Source: Octopus sinensis (taxonomy: Eukaryota). From it: a DNA stretch of 64,000 nt. Position 1 is the stretch's first letter, and every line of letters starts with the position of its first letter. The translations under genes were made by a program, and so were the position numbers. The stretch is from NCBI RefSeq assembly GCF_006345805.1, contig NC_043003.1, forward strand, positions 15,314,001-15,378,000. The letters run 5' to 3'. Positions 38,763 through 51,242 of this stretch are shown one piece after another. Below the pieces are notes generated by a model that saw nothing but the letters and a program-made list of their open reading frames with translations, had not been told where the DNA came from and did no database searches.

Positions 38763-38795
<33 letters not shown>

Positions 38796-38806
38796 TGATG
38801 ATGATG

Positions 38807-38857
<51 letters not shown>
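37500..38857. repeat. Complex (AAC)/(AAT)/(TAT)/(GAT) trinucleotide arrays around a short unique spacer
   Basis: Direct reading. Confidence 0.9.
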
Positions 38858-38859
<2 letters not shown>

Positions 38860-39166
38860 CTTAACTGATTGGTAGTGTTATCATGTACATTGTTTTGTCT
38901 TGGTATAAAAGATGGGCTACAGCAAATATTCTGCTCAATACCACAGATTTGCTTGTCAGTTGTTTGACCTTAACCAGTTGAGCATGTCCCTTAGTGGCTG
39001 ACGATATGTGCATCTCTGATCACGAGCAGATCACCATGTCGCGCACATATGGTAGTGATGCATGTGCCTGGTGTACCTTTATCAGACGGGTAGTCATGAT
39101 GGGTATACTGGGCTTCGTATATTTTACCCCAGTGTCACTTTGATGGCATGCTCTGCTCGCTCACTC
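38858..39166 (+). mobile_element. Element E copy 4 (5'-truncated, ~200-bp internal deletion)
   Basis: Deletion joins gatcacgagca to gatcaccatg; 3' end intact. Confidence 0.85.
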
Positions 39167-39228
39167 AATAATAATAATAATAAAGATGATGGTAATAATA
39201 ATAAGGATAATAATAATAATAATAATAA

Positions 39229-40177
39229 GCACAGAAAAAGCTAGGCGCATGAAAACCCGTGCCAAAACTGCGGCCTTAGATATTCTGAATAATAAATGGC
39301 AAGAAAAACCTCTCTATGGCAAATACCCAAAGAGAGCGAATAATGCAGATATCGACAAAGCCCTGACCCATCAATGGCTAATGGCCTCTGACTTAAAATC
39401 TGAAACAGAGGGGTTTATCATAGCAGCTCAAGATCAATGCCTACCAACAAGAAACTACCAGGCCAACATATAAAGATCAGAAGCAGCCCAACGTGTCGTG
39501 TATGCAAGCAACAAAATGAAACCATTGACCATGTGGTCTCCAAGTGCAGTCTTCTAGCGCCTACAGAGTATCTCAACAGGCACGATAGAGCTGCACAATA
39601 TATTCACTGGGTAATCTGTAAAAACCTGGATTTGCCCCATGAAAAAAACTGGTGGGAACACAAACCACCCCCAGTGCTTGAAAATGACCACATCTCACTC
39701 CTCTGGAACTTCACCATTCAAACTGACAGGAAGATAGATGCAAATAGGCCAGACATCATATTGAAAGACTTCAAACAAAGAACATGCCTCCTCATTGATA
39801 TGACTGTCCCAATCGATATAAACGTATCTGTCAGGACCTACCAAAAACTGAGCAAATATAAAGATCTTGAAATAGAAATCAGCAAAATGTGGAAGCTGAA
39901 GACTAAAACAATACCTGTTGTCATAGGTGCCCTGGGAATGATAGCAAAAGGGGCTGATAGCTACCTAACTCAGATACCAGGAAACCCAAAAATGGCAGAA
40001 GTTCAAAAGATAGTGCTCATGGGAACTGCTCATATCCTACGCAAAATACTCTCTATGTAACCTCAAGGTTTAAAACAACCATAATTTTCGGTTTAAAAAA
40101 ACAAAAAAAAACAAAAACTTTTTTTTTTTTAGACATTCATTAGTACAACATCCCCACCCCCCAAATATATGGCACAC
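39229..40177 (+). mobile_element. R4/Dong-like family Dong-2, 3' part (CCHC, RLE, start of 3' UTR)
   Basis: KWQEKPLYGKY...SETEGFIIAAQDQ; CRVCKQQNETIDHVVSKC; NRPDIILKD...IDMTVP; stop at 40058-40060. Confidence 0.92.
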
Positions 40178-40731
40178 GCCCTGATGCAGTACCAGGCAGT
40201 GGCTCTCATGGCTTCTGATCTTAACTGATTGGAAGTGTTATCATGTACATTGTTTTGTCTTGGTATAAAAGATGGGCTACAGCAAATATTCTGCTCAATA
40301 CCACAGATTTGCTTGTCAGTTGTTTGACCTTAACCAGTTGAGCATGTCCCTTAGTGGCTGACGATATGTGCATCTCTGATCACGATCAGAAGTAGTGGGG
40401 GAGCATCATAGCCATGTGTTGAGAGGGATGCTTTGGGGTTTGAATAGTTCACCTCTGGAAACATGGGTGGTTCTTTCAACATCCTTAAACAACCCTTATT
40501 CGGGGACCGTTTGAGCGGGATGGGCTACTCAACCTGAAGAAAATTCAAACTGGGCCCCACCTGCAAGGTCATGTGCTGTTTATCTTGATATGAGATCACC
40601 ATGTCGCGCACATATGGTTGTGATGCATGTGCCTGGTGTACCTTTATCAGACGGGTAGTCATGATGGGTATATTGGGCTTCGTATATTTTACCCCAGTGT
40701 CACTTTGATGGCATGCACTGCTCTCTCACTC
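40178..40731 (+). mobile_element. Element E copy 5, fused directly to the Dong-2 3' UTR
   Basis: No (AAT)n between ggcacac and gccctgatg. Confidence 0.9.
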
Positions 40732-40768
40732 AATAATAATAATAATAATAATGATGATGATGATGATG

Positions 40769-40840
<72 letters not shown>

Positions 40841-41041
40841 GTAATAATAATAATAATAATAATGGAGATATTTCTCTACTTCCCCTACCCAAGCTTTCAG
40901 CTATATTTCAAAAACTCTTAACCTTCACTTGCCCTAGGCGCTGGGTGTGACCCGGCAAGTGATTGTATCAAACATGCAGATTAAAAGTAAATGACAATAA
41001 TAATAATAATAATAATGATGACGATGATGATGATGATGATG

Positions 41042-41074
<33 letters not shown>

Positions 41075-41100
41075 TAATAATAATAATAATAATAATAATA

Positions 41101-42188
41101 AACTATTATAAAATAACCACCATAGAACTGCAAAAATATCTACTTCAGAAGGAAGGAAAACTGATGCAAATAGCAGCAAAACACAAGCATAACAAAAAAA
41201 TGTTCTCATTATTTAAGGAAGCTGACAAATACAAACAAGAAATCATACCACCTAACAAATATGAAGAAGAAGAAGAAGAAGATGAAGAAACAACAAAAGC
41301 TATAAAACAAATGAAATCCAAACTAAAACTAGAACATCAACAGACCATGATAAAACGATGGCAAGAAAAGCCTCTTCATGGCAAATACTGGACTAAACTA
41401 AATGCAAAAGAAATAGTCAAAGAAATATCCCAGCAATGGTTGAGAAGCTCAGGGCTCAAAGCAGAGACAGAGGGATTTTTAATTGCAGCACAAAACCAAA
41501 GCCTCCTCACCAGAAATTACCAAAAACATATAATGAAAAGAAATATAACAAGTAACTGCAGAATATGTGGAGATCGACAAGAAACAATAAATCATATATT
41601 CACAGACACGACAGAGTTGGGACCTACATACACTAGAAGCTATGCCAACATTATGGAATAACAAGAGAAAGAAGATGGTATAGGCACACACCAGAAAAGG
41701 TCACAGAAAACGAGAAAACAACCATACTCTGGGATATGCCAATACACACAGATAGAGAAATTAAAGCCAACAGACCAGATATAGTTATCAGAGATCATGA
41801 AGAAAAAAAATGCTTTCTAATTGATGTATCAAAACCAGCAGATGACAAACGTGTCTCTAAAAGAATTGGAGAAACTTTCAAAATACAAAGACCTGGAAAT
41901 AGAGCTAACTCGAATGTGGAATCTAAAAACAGAAACAATTCCTATCATCGTAGGTGCATTAGGCATGATAAAAACATATTCAGACAAATACATAACAAAA
42001 ATACCAGGACTTACAAACACATATAACATACAGAAAATTGCACTGCTGGGCACTGCACACATCCTACGCAAAACACTTTCAATTCAGTAACCATCAGAGC
42101 ATCACAACAAAACACGCCACATATCCAAGGCACACAGAGCTGTGCTCGGTAGTGAAGTGAAAGCACGATATAAAAAATAAAACTACTG
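41101..42188 (+). mobile_element. Dong-1, 5'-truncated copy
   Basis: Highly similar to 27940-29055; small deletion removes part of the CCHC; flanked by (AAT)n. Confidence 0.93.
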
Positions 42189-42201
42189 CGTAATAATAAA
42201 T

Positions 42202-42748
42202 GCCCTGATGCAGTACCAAACAGTGGCCCTCATGGCTTCTGATCTTAACTGATTGGAAGTGTTATCATGTACATTGTTTTGTCTTGGTATAAAAGATGGG
42301 CTACAGCAAATATTCTGCTCAATGCCACAGATTTGCGCGTCAGTTGTTTGACCATAACCAGTTGAGCATGTCCCTTGATGGCTGAGGATATGTGCATCTC
42401 TGATCACGAGCAGAAGTAGTGGGGGAGCATCATAGCCATGTGTTGAGAGGAATTTTTGGGGGTTTGGATAATTCACCTCTGGAAACATGGGTGTTTCGTT
42501 CAACATCCTTAACTCTTATTCAGGGATTTTTGAGCGGGATGGGCTACTCGAGACAGGAGAAAATTCTAACTGGGCCCAACTGCAAGGTCAATAGCTGTTT
42601 ATCTTGATATTAGATCACCATGTCGCGCACATATGGATGTGATGCATGTGCCTGGTGTACCCTTGTCAGACGGGTAGTCATGATGGGTATACTGGGCTTC
42701 GTATATTTTACCCCAGTGTCACTCTGATGGCATGCACTGCTCTCTCAC
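42202..42748 (+). mobile_element. Element E copy 6
   Basis: Same 5' boundary (aataataaat|gccctgatg). Confidence 0.9.
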
Positions 42749-42757
42749 ATAATAATG

Positions 42758-42808
<51 letters not shown>

Positions 42809-42848
42809 TAATATAATAATAATAATGATAATAATAATAATAATGATG

Positions 42849-42900
<52 letters not shown>

Positions 42901-42902
<2 letters not shown>

Positions 42903-43331
42903 GAGAAATTAAGGCCAACAGACCAGATATAGTTGTCAGAGATCATGAAGAAAAAAAATGCTTTCTAATTGATGTATCAATACCGGCTGATGACAACGTG
43001 TCTCTAAAAGAAATGGAGAAACTCTCAAAATACAAAGACCTGGAAACAGAGGTAACTAGAATGTGGAATCTGAAAACAGAAACAATTCCTATCATAGTAG
43101 GCGCATGAGGCATGATAAAAAAATATTCAGACAAATACATAACAAAAACACCAGGACTTACAAACACATATAACATACAGAAAATTGCACTACTAGGCAC
43201 TGCACACATCCTACGCAGAACACTTTCCATACAATAACCATCAGAGCATCACAACAAATCACAGCACATACCCAAGGCACACAGAGCTGTGCTCGGTAGT
43301 GAAGTGAAAGCACGCTATAAAAATAAAACTA

Positions 43332-43334
<3 letters not shown>
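42901..43334 (+). mobile_element. Dong-1, 5'-truncated copy (RLE plus 3' UTR)
   Basis: REIKANRPDIVV...; ends ctactg followed by AATAAT. Confidence 0.93.
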
Positions 43335-43411
<77 letters not shown>

Positions 43412-43473
43412 TAATAATAATATATTATAATAATAATAACAACAACAACAACAACAACAACAATAATAATAAT

Positions 43474-43962
43474 TCTTTCTACTATAGGCACAAAGCCTGA
43501 AATTTGTGTGCAGGGGACTAGTCGATTAGATCGACCTGTGTCTCACTGGTACTTAATTTATCGACCCGATAATAACAATAATGTTGATTTCAAATTTTGG
43601 TACAAGGCCAGCAAATTTAGAGAAGGGGTAAGTCGATTACACCGACCTCAGTACTCAACTGATACTTTATTTAATCGATTCCGAAAGGATGAAAGGTAGA
43701 GACGACCTCAGCGGGATTTGAACTCGGAACGTAAAGAGGTACGAAATACTTATTTCTTTACTACCCACAAGGGGCTAAACACAGAGGGGACAAACAAGGA
43801 CAGACAAACGGGTTAAGGCGATTATGGTACTTATTTAATCGACCCCGAAAGGATGAAAGGCAAAGTCGTCCTCGGAGGAATTTGAACTCAGAACGTAGCG
43901 GCAGACGAAATACCGCTAATCATTTCGCCCGGCGTGCTAACGTTTCTACCAGCTCACCGTCT
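43474..43962 (-). mobile_element. Cluster of SINE-B variants, including B1 joined to a headless diverged B unit
   Basis: Junction gaaatac|ttatttc at ~43749. Confidence 0.75.
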
Positions 43963-44067
43963 TGATAATAATTATTTCAAATTTTTCTACTAGGGTAACT
44001 TGGGGGAGGTGGGAATCAGTCGATTACATCGACCCTAGTGTTCAACTGGTATTTAATTTAACTGGTA

Positions 44068-44215
44068 GGAGTGACTGTGGTAAGTAGCTTGCTTACGAAC
44101 CACATGGTTCTGGGTTCAGTCCCACTGCGTGGCACCTTGGGCAAGTGTCTTCTACTATAGCCTCGGGCCGACCAAAGCCTTGTGAGTGGATTTGGTAGAC
44201 TGAAAGAAGCCCGTC

Positions 44216-44263
<48 letters not shown>

Positions 44264-44470
44264 TTGTGTGTCTGTGTTTGTCCCCCCAACATCGCTTGAC
44301 AACCGATGCTGGTGTGTTTACGTCACCGTAATTTAGCGGTTCTGCAAAAGGGACCGATAGAATAAGTACTAGGCTTACAAAGAATAAGTCCTGGGGTCAA
44401 TTTTGCTCGACTAAAGGCGGTGCTCCAGCATGACCACAGTCACATGACTGAAACAAGTAAAAGAGTAAAA
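44068..44470 (+). mobile_element. SINE family A
   Basis: Collinear; followed by small SINE-B and SINE-D fragments to ~44635. Confidence 0.85.
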
Positions 44471-44699
44471 GAGACCCCTAAATGATAAAAGGCAAAGTCG
44501 ACCTCGGCGGAATTTGAATTCAGAACGAAGCGACAGCTGGTCTTCCATTAACAACCTTGCCCGGACTTGTGCCTCGGAGGGTGACTTTCTAGGTGCAATC
44601 CCATGGTTATTCATGACCAAAAGGGCTCTTTGCCCTTTACCTTTTACTTCATCCTTCTGAATTAGCATATTTGCTCTCGTTGTTTATTAACAAAACCGT

Positions 44700-45640
44700 A
44701 AATCTCATGTCATTCCTTTGTGTGACTTAAGCACCTTTTGTTTGGGCTTTGCTTCCCTTCTGTTTCGATGTCCTTTTCTTTTAAAATCCATTTTCAAGAT
44801 TAACCATCTCTGTTCATTCCCAATAAAGGTGAGATCCTTTTCTTTGGCTTCCTGTTCGGTTTTCTGGTTGTTGGTTCCAGTCACCGGAAACGAGACCAAT
44901 CTCTTAGCCGTGCTCTGAATTGCGACAAGTTTCGATTTTGAAATAAAAGAATTTGGGTTCTGATGCTGTTGTATTAGCTTTGTTGCTACTTTCCCCTTAC
45001 TTTCCCCTTTTGCCTTTACAATTCTTCAAGGTAGAAAACTCTCGAGGGACTGTTAGTACACAGGTGTAACACTTAAACTTCCACCTTGCACCAGAGTCAT
45101 ATCACCGTTCTCCTTTCATTCATGACAGTACAAAGCTCCATAGATTTATAGCCTACTCAGGTCATTATCATTTGATCCTACATACAGATCCTACTCGACT
45201 ATGCCGTTTCTGCTCAGTTCGAGGCTTACAACCATAACAAAAGCACACAGCGTACATTTTGTGCCCATGTTATATGACAAAACTTATGACAAGGCAAGTC
45301 CTGTATTCGAAACAATGTCCCGAGCTGAGACCCTTATACTGTGAAACCAGAGTCTGGGTTGCTGTGTGGTGAACTAACTCAGCCTGTGTCCTTACCTCAT
45401 TCTTGGTTGCAATGATCAGGCATAAACTTCGCCATACCCTGTCCCGGTCAGCAGAAACCCCCATCGCTCCAAATATTGGCCTGAGCTTATTCGTTACTTC
45501 TTTGAGAACACGCTCAAAGCTTCCACATGCTTTTGTAAGGCAGCCATATTACTTGTATCTTTGCTCTTTCTTTTGATTAAAATCTCCAGGCAGAGGCGCA
45601 GAATTTTCGTGACCTACCTCGCCCACGTTTCTTCAGAGTG
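44700..45640 (-). mobile_element. Possible ancient Tx1/L1 ORF1 relic
   Basis: Broken frames including KCYTC...KNC followed by a K/E/Q-rich stretch. Confidence 0.3.
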
Positions 45641-46264
45641 CATGCTCACTCATGTTCAAAGTTTTTCACTATCTCACGATATTATCAAACTTAAATTTTT
45701 GTTGTCTGCATCATGGAATCTTGGCCATAGCCTGCGTCTATGTTCGCTTTTACAACTATATCTGTTCGTGGTTATTTTTTGTGTTTTCCAAAATATTAAT
45801 GTTTGTATTTGCGTTTGCAATTACATTTGTTTGTCTAAACGTTATCATTTTCTTGTTCTTTGTTTGTGTTTTCTAAATTGCATTAATATATTTTTCACAA
45901 AGTTTTTTCTTAATATTTTTTTAAACCTGCGGGCATGATCAATGCTATCGCATTTTTAACTATTGCATCTCACAGTTACTCCTCAAAAATGGAGAAGCCA
46001 TTTTAATAATTAGTTAATAAATATTTTTTTCTTTCTACAAAATTACATAAGCGTCTAAAAGACAGACCGTTTCTATGCACAGTGGTAATGAAATGCACGT
46101 CCAAAAATATCAAAGATATCAACTGTTTTGCAAACAATCTAGAAAGAAATTTCTTTCATTAAAAATATCATGGTGAAATTCAAAATATTGAGAGAGCGAA
46201 GCGAAATACGTTCGTTCACAGCCAAATCAAATAATGACTATGATGGTGCTACTGCGGCTGCTGA

Positions 46265-46330
<66 letters not shown>

Positions 46331-46539
46331 AATCTGGTGTGTTTATTTTAATGGTCTATCAAGGTGTACCTTTGGAAACAAGAGTATTCCGAATGTCGAA
46401 GTAGGAAAGAAAAGGGTCCCTTTATCCAAATATAATTCTATATATTCATCATATGGGATTATCACAATCAGCCCACAACTATAAATCACATAATCGGAGC
46501 CCTTCTCCTAGTAAATACACTTAGCTTGTCCCAGAATCA

Positions 46540-47090
46540 TTGCTATGCGTAAAACTGAAAAACGGTCGAGGTGGGACAAACTTCTATTTGGACGTTTTTA
46601 CTAATCTCCTCCGGTGCCATTTCTGTTTGACCTTTTCTCCTCTTTGTCGCAAAGATTACTGCGAGAGTTTCCTGGTTTTCCGTTTCATGGTTTTCAGATG
46701 CGGGGTCCGTGGACAAGATAAGTCTTCCGGTCATCCTTCTTCTCAGAGCTGAAAAGCGGTAGTGCTAAACCAAAAGCAGCTGCAAACTTCCGTTTGATGT
46801 TGTCGGCTCTGCTGCTTTTCTTTTTGCTGTTTTTCGGATTTTTCCGAGTTGAAATCCTTTAGATGGTGCTTGCTGCCACACGTGAAGCACCTAGGTCTTT
46901 TGCCTTATACAATCTGTTTTATAGCCTTTCTAAATGCACCCTCTCTGTGACACATTTTTTCGTATGGTTCTTTGGTCTTCCTGTGTCTTTAGAACTTGTA
47001 TATCCATTGAGGCTCTACTCGACCACATCTCAATCTTGGTAACCTCGCCTCTTACCACTTATGTGGTATAAAAGTAACGATGTGTCAGGG
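46540..47090 (-). mobile_element. Decayed Tx1-like ORF1 fragment
   Basis: GKRPRCFTCGSKHHLKD at ~46855-46905 matches GRRPRCYTCGSEAHLKKEC of the Tx1 at ~61590-61645. Confidence 0.55.
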
Positions 47091-48037
47091 GTTGCCAGTA
47101 TCTTTTTGACAGTGACCATCGTATTTAATCAAACTACATAAGTATTGGAATAGATTTACTCGAATAAAATCCTCAAGGCATTGCTCCAGCATGGCCACAG
47201 TCCAGTGAATGACACAAGTAAAAAATGAAAGATAAAAGAGACAGTTCCTTAGAGATAGAGGAGCTATCTTCATACATATAGGCTAAGGTTAATTTTTCTT
47301 TTGAAAGCATGAGAGAAACTACCTCGCTTTCGGTAATGCGGTGGCAGGTAAAAATCGTTCCTCACTTGCTCTTGAATAGCAGCGAGGTGGTCCCTTTTGG
47401 TTACAAAAATCAGTGAAGAAAAATTTCCCCCAATTAGTCAGTTCATATTAAAAATTTTCCTGTTATTGTCAGCATGAGCAAAGCTTAAAACTGTCGTCTG
47501 TTCCTTATTTCTTCGTTTCGACGACACATGAATATTTGTACGTGTTTTGTGATCGCTGTCTCTATGTTTGTCGAGCAAATTTACAATTGCTATGCTTGAG
47601 TGCCTACCAATTTGTTTTATTACTATTTCATCCTGTTTAATTCTCTTTTTTGTAAATTTGTTTTCGTGTGCTTGAAGATTAAATAATTGTTTCTTTCAAA
47701 AGGATATAAACAATGCTATTCGTTGTCTTGTAAATAACTCTTAATGCTTTTCTGGCAGAGGAAACCATGCAGAAATATTATTGTAAACAAAACAAAATGG
47801 TGGAAAAATAAAATTAAAATGATGTTTAAAACAAAGTTGTCTACCTCAGAGATTGAGATAGACGCACCGACATTTTAACATCGCCATCAGTGTGTAAAAT
47901 AATCCGGAAGGAATAATTTTCATCCACTAAAACTGTTAATAATACAGAAATTCGCAGACAATTAATATAAAACCTACGTGCTCGTCAAGCAAGAAAAATA
48001 ACAATAATAGTAATAATAATAATAATACGAAGAGCGC

Positions 48038-48070
<33 letters not shown>

Positions 48071-48098
48071 GATGATGATGATGATGAAGATGATGATG

Positions 48099-48135
<37 letters not shown>

Positions 48136-48154
48136 TAATAATAATTATTATTTC

Positions 48155-48425
48155 TAATATAGGCACAAGGACTGGAATTTTGGAGGCGGGGGCTAGTCGA
48201 TTACATCGACCCCAGTGCGTAACTGGTACTTATTTAATCGACCCCAGTGCGTAACTGGTACTTATTTAATCGATCCCAGTGCGTAACTGGTACTTATTTA
48301 ATCGACCCCGAAAGGATGAAAGGCAAAATCGACCCTGGCAGAACTTGAACTCAGAACGTAGCGGCAAACGAAATACTGCTAAGCATTTCGCCCAGCGTGT
48401 TAATGATTCTGCCAGTTTACTGCTC
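48155..48425 (-). mobile_element. SINE-B2 with an internal 3 x 32-bp expansion
   Basis: atcgaccccagtgcgtaactggtacttattta units at 48205, 48237, 48269. Confidence 0.88.
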
Positions 48426-48447
48426 TAATGATGATGATGATAATAAT

Positions 48448-48630
48448 AATCCTTTCTACTAAAGGTAAAAGGCCTTGAAATTTTGGGGAGGGAACTAGTC
48501 ACTTACATCGACCCCAGTGTTTCACTGGTACTTAATTTATCGACCCCGAAAGGATGAAAGGCAAAGCCGACCTCAGCGGAATTTGAACTCAGAACGTTGC
48601 GACAGACGAAATACTGCCAGCTCGACGCCT
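48448..48630 (-). mobile_element. SINE-B2 with a deletion in the head
   Basis: Body and tail match. Confidence 0.8.
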
Positions 48631-48740
48631 TAATGATGATGATAATAATAATAACGAGAAGAAGAACAGAAAGAACCATAAGAACAACGTCAATAATTAT
48701 AGCTGAAGGCTATAGAGGCCTTTTAAACACTAGAAAACTA

Positions 48741-49306
48741 TTGGGTTGTCCAGAAAGTTCGTGCCGATTTTTAAAGGAAAGAAAAAGGTCAATAAATACT
48801 TGCCATTACATTTTTAATCAACCAAATATCAACCATTTTGTTGCACAATGCGTCTCCATCTTTCCTTTAACTTGAAAATACCCTCTTCCCAGAATCGAGG
48901 TGGTTTCATGGCAAAGAATTCATCAAGGTATCTTTTTACGTCATCCAAGGAATTGAAATTTTTACCATTAAGACTATTCTGCAGATACCTGAATAAGTGG
49001 AAATCCGAAGGAGCAATATCTGGTGAATATGGTGGGTGGGGTAACACATCCCAGCCGAGCTGCAGCAATTTTTGTCTTGTTCCCAAAGCATCAAGTGCCG
49101 AAAATGAACTTTCTTATCTTCCATTTTAAAGGGTTACAGAATTAACACGGGTTATAAGAACATAAACCTTCTTCCACGAAAAGATAGCTTAAACTGTGCT
49201 CTAAATGGAGGTGTAGTCAAATCCTATTTTATGGACTCAACCATGTTTTAAAATAAGTGGAAAGACAAGCTACTATTAATCGGCACGAACTTTCCGGACA
49301 ACACAA
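48741..49306 (-). mobile_element. Internally deleted mariner transposon (566 bp)
   Basis: 29-bp TIRs ttgggttgtccagaaagttcgtgccgatt with 2 mismatches; TA TSD at both ends; MEDKKVHFRHLMLW fused to the C-terminal HPPYSPDIAPSDFHLF. Confidence 0.93.
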
Positions 49307-49747
49307 TATTATAAAATATCCAACGTAGGACTACTAAAAATAATTTACTGGGAATCAATGTAAAGCTAATGAAATTTAATTTAAAACTGAAACTACAGAA
49401 CACTGACAAAACTATGGCAAGAATAATCCTCAGATGGCAAATATAGGGATAAGCTAAACAGAAAAGAACAATGGTTGAGAAACTTGGGACTCAGAGCAGA
49501 GATGGAATGGTTCTTAATAGTTATAAAACAGAAGTCAGAATTTACCTGTTTAAGACGTTTACCTGTAGCGATACTGCTGATGGCAGTTATATACCTCTCT
49601 TATCTCATCAGAAAAACTGTGCCTGATAGAAGGAAACCGGTTACATTTTCGAAATCTGCGGACAAAACTACACATAAAACACCATATAATATCCCTGATG
49701 AACATTGGCTGTTGACCAGTGTTATTATTATTGTTATTATTATTATT

Positions 49748-50568
49748 CAGTAGTTTTATTTTTATAGCGTGCTTTCACTTCACTACCGAGCGCAGCTCTG
49801 TGTGCCTTGGGTATGTGCTGTGATTTGTTGTGATGCTCTGATGGTTACTGTATTGAAAGTGTTCTGCGTAGGATGTGTGAGTGCCTAGTAGTGCAATTTT
49901 CTGTATGTTATATGTGTTTGTAAGTCCTGGTGTTTTTGTTATGTATTTGTTTGAATATTTTTTTATCATGCCTAATGCGCCTACTATGATAGGGATTGTT
50001 TCTGTTTTTAGATTCCACATTCGAGTTACCTCTATTTCCAGGTTTTTGTATTTTGAAAGATTCTCCATTACTTTTAGAGACACGTTGTCATCTGCTGGTA
50101 TTGATACATCAATTAGAAAGCATTTTTTTCTTCATGATCTTTGACAACTATATCTGGCCTGTTGGCCTTAATTTCTCTATCTGTGTGCATCGGCATATCC
50201 CAGAGTATGGTTGCTTTCTCGTTTTCTGTGACCTTTTCTGGTGTGTGCCTATACCATCTTTTTTCTGTTGTTATTCCATAATGTTGACATAGCTTCCAGT
50301 GTATGTAGGTCCCAACTCTGTCGTGTCTGTGAATATATTCCTTCTTAGCCAGGACTGGGCAGCCAGAGATAATATGATTTATTGTTTCTTGTCCATCTCC
50401 ACATATTCTGCAGTTACTTGTAATATTTCTTTTCATTATATGTTTTTGGTAATTTCTGGTGGGGAGGCTTTGGTCTTGTGCTGCAATTAAAAATCCTTCC
50501 GTCACTGCTTTGAGTCCTGAGCTTCTCAACCATTACTGGGATTTTTCTTTGTCTATTTCTTTTGCATT
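49748..50568 (-). mobile_element. Dong-1, 5'-truncated copy
   Basis: LRSSGLKAVTEGF...CRICGDGQETINH...RPDIVV; 3' end ctactg followed by AAT on its sense strand. Confidence 0.93.
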
Positions 50569-50589
50569 ATTATTATTAATGATAATATT

Positions 50590-50945
50590 ATTTATCTTAT
50601 TTATGCTATATTTATTATTTATTTTTTATCATTTCATTATTATACAGTCTCTGTATTGTTCCCCTCATCCTTCGTCCTTGTAGCAAATAAATGGAATCAT
50701 CATTATTATTATCATTATTATTATTATTATTAATATTTATTTGTTCTATTATTATTATTTATTTATTTATTTTATTATTTTATCATTTTATTTCTTATCG
50801 TTTCATTATTATATGTAAACTCCAACAATTTATATGTCTCTGTATTGCCCCCCTCCACCTTCACCCTTGTGGCAAATAAATGATATCATCATCATCATCA
50901 CCACTATTATCATCATCACCATTATTATTATCATTATTATTGTTA

Positions 50946-50980
<35 letters not shown>

Positions 50981-51135
50981 ATTTATTTGTTCTATTATTA
51001 TTATTTATTTATTTATTTTATTATTTTATCATTTTATTTCTTATCGTTTCATTATTATATGTAAACTCCAACAATTTATATGTCTCTGTATTGCCCCCCT
51101 CCACCTTCACCCTTGTGGCAAATAAATGATATCAT
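50590..51135 (+). repeat. Three tandem Tx1-like 3'-tail modules separated by (ATC)/(ATT)n; the last two form a ~246-bp near-perfect duplication
   Basis: tctctgtattgccccctccaccttcacccttgtggcaaataaatgatatcatcatc at ~50836 and ~51082; diverged copy at ~50647. Confidence 0.7.
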
Positions 51136-51204
51136 CATCATCATCACCACTATTATCATCATCACCATTATTATTATCATTATTATTGTTATTATTATTA
51201 TTAA

Positions 51205-51242
<38 letters not shown>

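Noticed and set aside
44690-47940. Longest repeat-poor stretch as a possible host exon region
   Set aside because: No sustained ORF or coherent splice pattern; the recognisable peptide motifs match decayed Tx1 ORF1. Small exons cannot be excluded without RNA-seq
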